NCBI GenBank assembly: GCA_020184695.1
Contig: JAANOX010000153.1
Span: 806,001-870,000 of the forward strand
Source of the DNA: Histomonas meleagridis 2922-C6/04-290x
Taxonomy: Eukaryota > Protista > Parabasalia
DNA: 64,000 bases
Direction: 5' to 3'
Of the stretch, positions 42,831 to 52,383 are shown in pieces (the stretch's first letter is position 1; each line of letters opens with the position of its first letter). The notes under the pieces are model-generated. The model was not told the origin of the DNA and did not search any database. It was given only the letters and a program-made list of their open reading frames with translations. Made by a program: the position numbers and the translations under genes.

Positions 42831-45536
42831 TTAATGATTTATTTCGTCCTCTCTTTCTTCAGATGATCCTTCGCTGCTATTTTCTTCTTCTTTAGTTTCT
42901 TCTGGTTCTTTATTTTCATTTTCTTCTTCTTCTTTAGTTTCCTCTGGTTCTTTATTTTCATTTTCTTCTTCTTCTTTAGTTTCCTCTGGTTCTTTATTTT
43001 CATTTTCTTCTTCTTCTTTAGTTTCTTCTGGTTCTTTATTTTCATTTTCTTCTTTTTCTTTATTTTCATCATCTTCTTTATTTTCCTCTTCTTTAGTTTC
43101 TTCTTCTTCTTTAGTTTCTTCTGCTTCTTTATTTTCATTTTCTTCTTCTTCTTTATTTTCCTCTTCTTTAGTTTCTTCTTCTTCTTTAGTTTCCTCTGGT
43201 TCTTTATTTTCTTCTTCTTTAGTTTCTTCTGCTTCTTTATTTTCATTTTCTTCTTCTTTATTTTCATTTCCTGCTTCTTTAGTTTCATCATCTTTGTTTT
43301 CCTCTTCTTTAGTTTCTTTGTTTTTTTCTTCTTCTTTATTTTCATCAGCTTTTTCTTTGTTTTCATCTTTATTTTCATATTCATTAACATTTTCTTTAGC
43401 TTCTTCTGTTTCTTCCTTATTTTCATTATCATTAATATCTATATTTACGTCTTTAGTTTCATCTTTAATTTCCTCTTTGATTTCTTCCTTATTTTCCTCA
43501 TTAGTATCATCGATTTCCTGTGTTTTTTCTGTTTCTTCTTTAATTGATTCTTCTTCTTCATCTTTTTCCATTATAAGGTTTGCACTTTTTAGAAGTTTCT
43601 TTACATAATTTATAATATTTTTTTCATTCATATTTTTAAGTTGTGGGTATTCGTAATAAGTTTTACTATTATACCAATTGTATAATGCAACAAAATCAGA
43701 ATCAAACTTTTTCAGATTTATTTTTGCTAATTTATCACCAAATTCTTCCATAAAATCATTCATCAAAACGTAAATTTTCTTAAGTTCATTTGCATTTTTG
43801 ATTTTCAACATAAGTTCTTCAATTTTTTTATCAAGCTCTTCAATATTATCATATGTTTCGTTATAATTATTCAAATTTATGTTCAAATAATTTACTAATC
43901 TTTTTGCTGAATATATAAGTGATTGTAAATCATTTCTTTTTTCTTCCAATAACTCAAATTTGCGATCTTTTTCTTCCATTTCTATTTCCTTATTAATATA
44001 TTTTTGCAAATCTTTAATACCATATTTTAATTCATATTTAACTCCTTCTACATTTTGGATATCAATTGTATGTGAAATATTCATTGTAATTGTAATATTT
44101 AATTTTTTATGATCTTCAAATATCACATAATCATTATTCGAATATTTAATTTTTATTCCTTTTGGATAAAGAGTTATCACTTTTTCTTTCGGAAGATTTT
44201 CATCTTTTTTAAACAATACTTTTGAGAAATGCCAAAAACTTTTAGGCCAATATATAATTTCTTTAGATTCTTCTTCATTTAAAATTTCTTGATATTTCTC
44301 TTGGATCTCAACATATTTATGTAATATTGATTTTGGATCTAATACTCCTGTTAAATATGCGATTCCTTGTGCAATATATTCATCTTGAATCGGACTTGGT
44401 TTAACATCTTGAAAACATCCAGAAATTTCACTTAAAAATGGACTTATACGTGAACCTCCACCAACAATTAAACAATCATTGATTGATAATTGGTCAACTT
44501 TTGCATTATTTAGGGATCGCTTAATTAGTTTTTTTATATCTTGAGCAAGTCCTTGAAGTCTACTTTCAAATTCTTGTTTTTCAATATCAAATTCAAAACC
44601 ATCAGGAAGTTCTTTATGACCAACATTAATATCAACTCGAATTTTTTTGTTGAGATAAAGTTTTTCTTTGGCTTCAATAGCTTTAGAAAAGATATTTAAT
44701 AAATGCATCTTTTCAAGTTTAATATCTGGATGACTTTCTTGGAATTTTTCCATAAAAAGTTGAAAAATGATTTCGTTGATATGTGAGCCACCATATCTTG
44801 TATCAGAAACCGAACTTAAAATGTTTATCTGAATTGGCTTAATATCATGGTGCGCAAGATTATAATATATTTGAACACAAGAAACACTCATTGATGTGTC
44901 CCCAGTGTCAATAATTAGAATTCTGATTCTTGTGGATTTTTCTCGGTATTTCTGAAAATTATCAACTGCATATTTAACTGCTGCAGCTGTCGTGGAACTA
45001 ATTGTACCAATGCATTTGAAGCCAGCGATTGCTACAGCATCAAATATTGCTTGCCTTTGTTTAAGATTCCACCATGGCTGTACTGTAACGACGCAACTTG
45101 AAAAACTTTTATCAGGAAATCTATCTCCTATCGTATATGAAAAAATGGCTTTGATTAAGTAAGCAAGGCATTCTTCTGGAAGAATTATTTCATCTTTTAC
45201 CTTAATACCTGTAAAACCATCACCTAAATCACACAATTCGAAAAGAACATTCTTTTCAATTTCTTCGCGGCGATTGCTTTTATATTTTAAACCAATTAAT
45301 TGATTTATGTTATAAATTGTTATTAAATTAGGATTTCCACAACTTGTTGCTGCTAAATCTCCATAATATCTGGTTTCGTTAGTAAATGAAACATAAGAAG
45401 GAGTAAATCTTTTGTCCATCTGATCTGTAATAATTGTCGTTCTAACTCTAAGATTTTTGCCTACGTCTAGAAGCACACTAGCTCTAATTTTTTTGTTACC
45501 TAAATCTATACCAAGTATTCCATTGTTGGTTTCCAT
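42831..45536 (-). CDS. Divergent Hsp70/Hsp110-like protein with an acidic repeat tail
   Basis: GIDLG, TPSYVSF, TTAAAVKY, IIDTGD, GGSHI and VGGGSRIS motifs of the Hsp70 nucleotide-binding domain. Inr TCACT lies just before ATG 45536 (alternative start 45566). Confidence 0.85.
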   Translation of the reverse strand: METNNGILGIDLGNKKIRASVLLDVGKNLRVRTTIITDQMDKRFTPSYVSFTNETRYYGDLAATSCGNPNLITIYNINQLIGLKYKSNRREEIEKNVLFELCDLGDGFTGIKVKDEIILPEECLAYLIKAIFSYTIGDRFPDKSFSSCVVTVQPWWNLKQRQAIFDAVAIAGFKCIGTISSTTAAAVKYAVDNFQKYREKSTRIRILIIDTGDTSMSVSCVQIYYNLAHHDIKPIQINILSSVSDTRYGGSHINEIIFQLFMEKFQESHPDIKLEKMHLLNIFSKAIEAKEKLYLNKKIRVDINVGHKELPDGFEFDIEKQEFESRLQGLAQDIKKLIKRSLNNAKVDQLSINDCLIVGGGSRISPFLSEISGCFQDVKPSPIQDEYIAQGIAYLTGVLDPKSILHKYVEIQEKYQEILNEEESKEIIYWPKSFWHFSKVLFKKDENLPKEKVITLYPKGIKIKYSNNDYVIFEDHKKLNITITMNISHTIDIQNVEGVKYELKYGIKDLQKYINKEIEMEEKDRKFELLEEKRNDLQSLIYSAKRLVNYLNINLNNYNETYDNIEELDKKIEELMLKIKNANELKKIYVLMNDFMEEFGDKLAKINLKKFDSDFVALYNWYNSKTYYEYPQLKNMNEKNIINYVKKLLKSANLIMEKDEEEESIKEETEKTQEIDDTNEENKEEIKEEIKDETKDVNIDINDNENKEETEEAKENVNEYENKDENKEKADENKEEEKNKETKEEENKDDETKEAGNENKEEENENKEAEETKEEENKEPEETKEEEETKEEENKEEEENENKEAEETKEEEETKEEENKEDDENKEKEENENKEPEETKEEEENENKEPEETKEEEENENKEPEETKEEEENENKEPEETKEEENSSEGSSEEREDEINH
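42880..43330 (-). repeat. Coding Glu-rich tandem repeats (EEENENKEPEETK-like, 13-14 aa)
   Basis: Near-identical 39-42 bp units at 42884-43070, with degenerate copies extending to about 43330. Confidence 0.85.
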
Positions 45537-45934
45537 CAAAAACAGTGAGGATATAAAAAATGCCAATTTTTTTTCATAAACATTTTGATGAAGCCGTTTA
45601 GTTTTGCCATTGTTTTAATAAATCACATGAAAGTTGACGTCAAATATCTAAGAAAAAATAAATTAATATAAATAACTACTCAAACATTTATATCATTGTG
45701 AGAGAACCCAGAAAAATTATTTAAAATTTCAATTTAATTTATCATTTTTAATTACTTCTTAAATTGTTTTAAACCACCATCATAAGTGTTAATTCCATTT
45801 AGCATTCTCCATTTGGTGTGGTATACCACAGCTTTGTTGGTATGAAAATGTGAGTTCACAGAAGCTGTGCATATGTGAACTTAGCAGCAGACGTTAACAA
45901 TTTCCAGTAACGGTTTTGACACTGCAAAACAAAA

Positions 45935-46897
45935 ATGGAAGAAAACATTCCATGGGTAGAAAAATATAGGCCTCATAATATTGATGAAATTGTCCAACAG
46001 GAGGAAGTTGTTAACGCACTTCGCTCAACCTTAGGAAAAGGAGATCTTCCTCACTTAATTTTCCATGGTCCCCCAGGTTCTGGTAAAACTTCAACTGCAA
46101 TTGCACTTTGTCATACACTCTTTGAACCAAAGGAGTTCCGTAGACGTGTTATGGAACTTAATGCTTCTGATGACCGTGGCATTGATTCAGTTCGTTCTAA
46201 AATTAAACAATTTGCTTCCCTTAGCGTACCACAAGGTTCCGTCCCATACAAGATTATTATCCTTGATGAAGCCGATTCCATGACTCGAGATGCTCAAAAT
46301 GCTTTGAGGCGTGTCATTGAAAACTATTCAGCTGTTACACGTTTCATTATTATCTGCAACTACGTGTCAAAGATTATTGATCCAATCCTTTCTAGATGTG
46401 CCCGATTTAGGTTTAAATCTCTTGAACGCGATAATATTATTAACCGACTTCAATTTATAGCCGAGCAAGAACACCTAAAGGTTGAATCAGAAGAAGCCTT
46501 CCAAACACTCGTTGATATTTCTGGTGGAGATCTAAGAAAAGCTATTACATTTTTACAAAGCTCATCAATCACAGGAGTTATCTCAGGAAACCTCATTAGG
46601 GAACTCAGTGGCTCTCCAAATCCTGATGTTATCCACCATTACTTTGATACATGTATTAATTCCCCATGGAATGAAATCGAAGAAGCGACCTCACATATTG
46701 TCTATAGCGGCTTCGACATATCGCAAATATTAGAAATACTGACAAGGATATTAGTTTCCTCAGAAGCGATTAAAGAAGAGGTAAAACCAGAATTAATAAT
46801 GAGAATTTCTGCCGCTGATGGAATGATAACAAACAGAGCTGACCCATACTTACAGTTCCTTGCAATTTCATCAGCAATCAATGCTGCTACTCATTAA
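45935..46897 (+). CDS. RFC4: Replication factor C small subunit (human RFC4 / yeast Rfc2-like)
   Basis: PWVEKYRP, QEEVV, GPPGSGKTS, ELNASDDRGI, ILDEAD, SRC, GDLRKAI. Confidence 0.9.
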   Translation: MEENIPWVEKYRPHNIDEIVQQEEVVNALRSTLGKGDLPHLIFHGPPGSGKTSTAIALCHTLFEPKEFRRRVMELNASDDRGIDSVRSKIKQFASLSVPQGSVPYKIIILDEADSMTRDAQNALRRVIENYSAVTRFIIICNYVSKIIDPILSRCARFRFKSLERDNIINRLQFIAEQEHLKVESEEAFQTLVDISGGDLRKAITFLQSSSITGVISGNLIRELSGSPNPDVIHHYFDTCINSPWNEIEEATSHIVYSGFDISQILEILTRILVSSEAIKEEVKPELIMRISAADGMITNRADPYLQFLAISSAINAATH

Positions 46898-47317
46898 AAG
46901 TCATTTATAATTAGTTTTTTGTAATGTTTTGAAATACTTATCGAGATATTAAACGGTCTTTAATTCTGATGCTTCTAAGTTTAAACTTATTTACATCAAA
47001 GAGATTATCTTTATGATAATTAGCTAAACCCAGTTATTCTATATGGTGATTATAAATTTATTAAGCTGAATATTATGTCAAATATTATGCTTAAGCTCTT
47101 AATAAAGTAACATACAAGATACAATGAAATTATTGATTTAATAAATTTATAATCATAGCTTAACAAATGAAACATAAAGAAGAAGTAGTACATATCATAT
47201 CTTACATTAAATTAGAAATTTCATTTGAAATATTTTTCGTATAAACAAATTATAATTTCATCAACAAAAACATTTCAAACGAAATTTAACATAATAAATT
47301 CGAAAATTTTACTTTAT

Positions 47318-48955
47318 TTATTCATCTGATTCTTCAATTGTCAAAAACACCACAGCCACTGACACGTTATCCTTCGAATCCTTTTGCACAGCGGTGTCTC
47401 TAAGTTTTCTCGCCGCCAGCATCGGATCGATTTCCGACCTCACCACATTTGCCGCCTCTTCGTCGCTCATCACATCCCACAGACCGTCAGACGCGAACAC
47501 GAATTTGCATGACTCCTCGATATCCCTTTCGCACACGTAAGGAATTGGGTTAATTGCGTCTCCAATAGATCCATCTCCGAGTGCTCTGGAGACGGCTAAG
47601 ACGCCATTAAGTCTTCCTTCGCTTGACACATTACCTCCGTGGCTTTCGATGTAACTTTTTTCTTCTGGTAAATTTGGCTTGTGATCGAACGAAAGTCGTT
47701 CGAATGATTTGTTGGTTACCATTATACATCGCGTGTCGCCAACATTTGCGACAATGACTTTATCGAGACTAATTTTGGAGACGCATGCAGTAGTGCCACA
47801 ATATACACACCATGGTTGAATCGACTGATGAATTTCTTGGAATGACTTCTTAAATGCTTCGCTAAGTGGTTCGTTGTTATGGCTCTTTAAAACTGTCGGG
47901 AAATTATTTCCGGCATATTCGGAGGCTTCACGACCGCCATGGCCATCAAAGAGTCCGACTAATAAAGTCTTCGGCCCGAAATAATCTTGTTTTACGACGG
48001 TGAAATCTTCCATAGTCTCACGAAGACCGACGGTTTCTGACGTGCCGATACGTATCGACCCGGAGCCGTTTACGGTGTGCTTTGGAGCGGCGGTTTTTGC
48101 ACGTTGTTCGCTTGATGCGTAAAGAGAGAAAAGCGTATTGCCTTTAAGGGACTGAAGTTGTTGGGCTTTGCCTTCGGCCATGCGACGACCTTTAACTGAT
48201 TTGTAAAGGTCATTACGCTTTCGAAAGGTTCGATGCCATGGAGAAGTAATGCATTCTTCAATAATACCCATAATTTCGTTGTTACGTCGAAGGATATGGG
48301 ATATACCTGCTGGAATTTCAGTGTTGGGATCACAATATGTGAATAATGAGATGTAGATATTATCTTTAATTGCATCAGTAATGTTGGTAAGAGAGTTAGA
48401 ACTAAATTTAACAGGCGCAATTCGAAGAATTTTAAGACAGGACTTGGCTTTGAGAATATTGTAAACTTCTGGTGATACGGCATCTGTAATGTGAGTTTCT
48501 TCAAGGATTAAGGCTTCAAGGCGTGGATGCCTACGCGATGCCTCTAATAAAGTTTTGATGGCTGCATCACCAAATTTATTTTCTGAAAGATCAATTTCTT
48601 TAATAGTTGAACTGCTTTTTATGAATTTAGCAATGGGATCTGCATCTTTGGAAGTAAGGGATGATCCACGAAGAGATATTTTTGTAACCATAGAATACAT
48701 ATGAATGAAATTTAGACCAATGCGCGTAAAACAAGGCCCTACATTCTTCCCATTAATCACAAGAGATAGGTAAGTGCTTCCTTCTGGTTGAGCTTTGCAT
48801 GAGTGATAAAATGAATAAACCATTTTTTTCAAGTTGGAATTATTTTTTACATCGTTGGGTTGTTTCTCAATACACTCAATAAAGTTGAGGAAAATTGTCT
48901 TAGCCGAGCTGTTCTTTATTTTTTGAGCTTTTTCACGGCTTGCTTCTGTTCCCAT
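47318..48955 (-). CDS. LRR (RNI-like) + PP2C/PPM protein phosphatase
   Basis: MGTEAS (myristoylation-like) start; LRRs (IKEIDLSENKFGD, LEALILEETHIT); PP2C motifs MED, FDGHGG, NVGD, SRALGD, ASDGLWD, DNVS. Confidence 0.9.
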   Translation of the reverse strand: MGTEASREKAQKIKNSSAKTIFLNFIECIEKQPNDVKNNSNLKKMVYSFYHSCKAQPEGSTYLSLVINGKNVGPCFTRIGLNFIHMYSMVTKISLRGSSLTSKDADPIAKFIKSSSTIKEIDLSENKFGDAAIKTLLEASRRHPRLEALILEETHITDAVSPEVYNILKAKSCLKILRIAPVKFSSNSLTNITDAIKDNIYISLFTYCDPNTEIPAGISHILRRNNEIMGIIEECITSPWHRTFRKRNDLYKSVKGRRMAEGKAQQLQSLKGNTLFSLYASSEQRAKTAAPKHTVNGSGSIRIGTSETVGLRETMEDFTVVKQDYFGPKTLLVGLFDGHGGREASEYAGNNFPTVLKSHNNEPLSEAFKKSFQEIHQSIQPWCVYCGTTACVSKISLDKVIVANVGDTRCIMVTNKSFERLSFDHKPNLPEEKSYIESHGGNVSSEGRLNGVLAVSRALGDGSIGDAINPIPYVCERDIEESCKFVFASDGLWDVMSDEEAANVVRSEIDPMLAARKLRDTAVQKDSKDNVSVAVVFLTIEESDE

Positions 48956-49524
48956 GTGTTTGGGGTTTTCTTTATAAGGATTTGGAAACGAACCGTTAAA
49001 AATCGGCATAAAATTCAAAAAGTTTATTTGCATTCAATTTTATCTTATAATATCAATGCTTATATCTTGTTTTATTATAAAATAATTCTTAACATATGAA
49101 TATTAATTAGCTGTAATTTTTATATTATACATGATTGTTAATTATATAAATGATTATACCTTTACGATGTTAGAAATTTGGATCAGATGATAAAATCATT
49201 TCACATTTCGAAAACACAAATTACTTATTTTTCAAAACTAATTTAAATATATAATCAATAAAATAAATCAGATTGCTTATGAACATGATTTTTACAAAGA
49301 CGTATTTTAATTTATTTGAAAATCATTAAATTATTTAATTTTTATAAAACATAAAAATTGATTCATTTTAAACAAATCTTAATTTTAAATTATTAAAATA
49401 TCAAATAAATTCAAGTAATTATTTATTATTTAATAATTCAATGGCTCAAAATGTTTAAATTGTTTTTAATTAGATTTTTATTAAATTAATTTTCTATTAA
49501 TGTGTTTCTTGAAATTTTACATAT

Positions 49525-50256
49525 TCATTGTTTTGGTGCTTGTTTTCCAGGCATATATTTGGTCTCAATTGAAACGTTTTCGCCATTAATTCCAATTATT
49601 GTATACCCGAAAACATTAATCTCAGGTGAAAATTGGCCAACACATGCAGTACGTGTAGCAAAGCTAAGAAGAGATGTATGCGTATGGCCAGTGATAAGCC
49701 AATCTGCACTATTGATTTTACATCCATTTTTAATCCATGTAAGAAATGATAATGCAAATTGATCTCTAACTCTGTAATTATTAAGAAGATCATGTGCTAG
49801 GTACATGTTAGTTGGATTTGGGTGAGTGGGCCCTGCTGGAGTGGTGAGTAGAATGGCATTTTCTTTTAATGGATGAATAAATTGAGGATTTTTCCACCTT
49901 GGAATCAAGCTGGCAAAATAATCTCTGTCATGATTACCACCTATAGCGTATATGGGTATTTTAAAATCATTCATTTTTGTAAGAACATCTTGAAGAATTG
50001 TTGCACCATTTGGAAAAGAGCCATTAACAATATCACCCAAATGGCAAATTATTGTTGGCTGTTCAATGTTGATTACATTTTGGAGTTCTCTAAGAAATAA
50101 AGGAATTGATTTTTCTGGTGCAATATATGCACCAATGTGAGTGTCTGATAAAATTAAAATTCTTTCTGGTTTGTTAGGGATTAATGGAAGTTTAAATGGA
50201 ATTACTTTTGTGTTAACAAGCTCACATGCAAAGATTTGACCAAAAGAGACGTTCAT
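49525..50256 (-). CDS. Calcineurin-like metallophosphoesterase
   Basis: SDTH, GDIV, GNHD, AH and GHTH metal-binding motifs. First ATG 50256 (the track uses GTG 50268). Confidence 0.88.
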   Translation of the reverse strand: MNVSFGQIFACELVNTKVIPFKLPLIPNKPERILILSDTHIGAYIAPEKSIPLFLRELQNVINIEQPTIICHLGDIVNGSFPNGATILQDVLTKMNDFKIPIYAIGGNHDRDYFASLIPRWKNPQFIHPLKENAILLTTPAGPTHPNPTNMYLAHDLLNNYRVRDQFALSFLTWIKNGCKINSADWLITGHTHTSLLSFATRTACVGQFSPEINVFGYTIIGINGENVSIETKYMPGKQAPKQ

Positions 50257-50713
50257 ATGAAGTGGCACTTTTATTTTTATTCAAATTTCTGGAAAATATT
50301 AAAATAAATTTATTTTGTTATAAAAGCATAAAAATTCTCTCAAATATCCCAATCTGTTTTCAGTATTTTTAAGGTTGAATGAGGCTAAATCAGTTTCATA
50401 AAAACTTTTTTTTTTATATCGTTATTAAGTTTTTTTTAAAGAAAATCATTGCAACATAAGGGAAAAAACCACTTAAGTTAATTTATCCTATTACTAAGAT
50501 AAAGTGGTATTATTTAAACAATATTTAGTATAGTAATATGTGTGTTATAATTAAGAAAATGAATTCAGTTATAACTTAATGTATTATAAATTAATTTATT
50601 ACATCTTCCCTATTGTTGGAGAATGTTTTTGACATTTACCTTAATCAATACTTTACTTATCTCTCTTTAAGTATGTACGCCAACATAAACATTACGTACT
50701 TATACACATAACA

Positions 50714-52349
50714 GATTACTCATCCAAAACATACAAATTCATTCACATAACACATTACTCATCCAACAAATACAAATTCATTCACATAACACATTACTCA
50801 TTCAAAACATACAAATTCATTCACATAACACATTACTCATCCAAAACATACAAATTCATTCACATAACACATTACTCATTCAAAACATACAAATTCATTC
50901 ACATAACACATTACTCATTCAAAACATACAAATTCATTCACATAACACATTACTCATTCAAAAACATACAAATTCATTCACATAACACATTACTCATCCA
51001 AAACATACAAATTCATTCACATAACACATTACTCATTCAAAACATACAAATTCATTCACATAACACATTACTCATTCAAAACATACAAATTCATTCACAT
51101 AACACATTACTCATCCAACAAATACAAATTCATTCACATAACACATTACTCATCCAACAAATACAAATTCATTCACATAACACATTACTCATTCAAAACA
51201 TACAAATTCATTCACATAACACATTACTCATTCAAAACATACAAATTCATTCACATAACACATTACTCATTCAAAACATACAAATTCATTCACATAACAC
51301 ATTACTCATTCAAAACATACAAATTCATTCACATAACACATTACTCATTCAAAACATACAAATTCATTCACATAACACATTACTCATCCAACAAATACAA
51401 ATTCATTCACATAACACATTACTCATTCAAAAAATACAAATTCATTCACATAACACATTACTCATCCAAAACATACAAATTCATTCACATAACACATTAC
51501 TCATCCAAAACATACAAATTCATTCACATAACACATTACTCATTCAAAACATACAAATTCATTCACATAACACATTACTCATTCAAAACATACAAATTCA
51601 TTCACATAACACATTACTCATCCAAAACATACAAATTCATTCACATAACACATTACTCATTCAAAACATACAAATTCATTCACATAACACATTACTCATT
51701 CAAAACATACAAATTCATTCACATAACACATTACTCATCCAACAAATACAAATTCATTCACATAACACATTACTCATTCAAAACATACAAATTCATTCAC
51801 ATAACACATTACTCATTCAAAACATACAAATTCATTCACATAACACATTACTCATTCAAAACATACAAATTCATTCACATAACACATTACTCATTCAAAA
51901 CATACAAATTCATTCACATAACACATTACTCATTCAAAACATACAAATTCATTCACATAACACATTACTCATCCAACAAATACAAATTCATTCACATAAC
52001 ACATTACTCATTCAAAACATACAAATTCATTCACATAACACATTACTCATTCAAAACATACAAATTCATTCACATAACACATTACTCATTCAAAACATAC
52101 AAATTCATTCACATAACACATTACTCATTCAAAACATACAAATTCATTCACATAACACATTACTCATTCAAAACATACAAATTCATTCACATAACACATT
52201 ACTCATTCAAAAACATACAAATTCATTCACATAACACATTACTCATTCAAAACATACAAATTCATTCACATAACACATTACTCATCCAACAAATACAAAT
52301 TCATTCACATAACACATTACTCATTCAAAACATACAAATTCATTCACAT
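50714..52349. repeat. Minisatellite, 42 copies of a 39-bp unit
   Basis: Consensus CATTACTCATTCAAAACATACAAATTCATTCACATAACA; units counted one by one (first at 50714, last partial at 52315); two units are 40 bp. Confidence 0.97.
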
Positions 52350-52383
52350 GTCATTCGATTTACACAACAAATCGCTTCATCAA

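Noticed and set aside
42839-43608. Poly-Lys ORF and antisense Ser-rich ORF
   Set aside because: Alternative frames of the Glu-rich repeat tail of the Hsp70-like gene.
50714-52349. CRISPR array or repeat-coded protein
   Set aside because: Units are contiguous with no unique spacers and there are no cas genes. The open plus-strand frames have no start codon and are broken by two 40-bp units.
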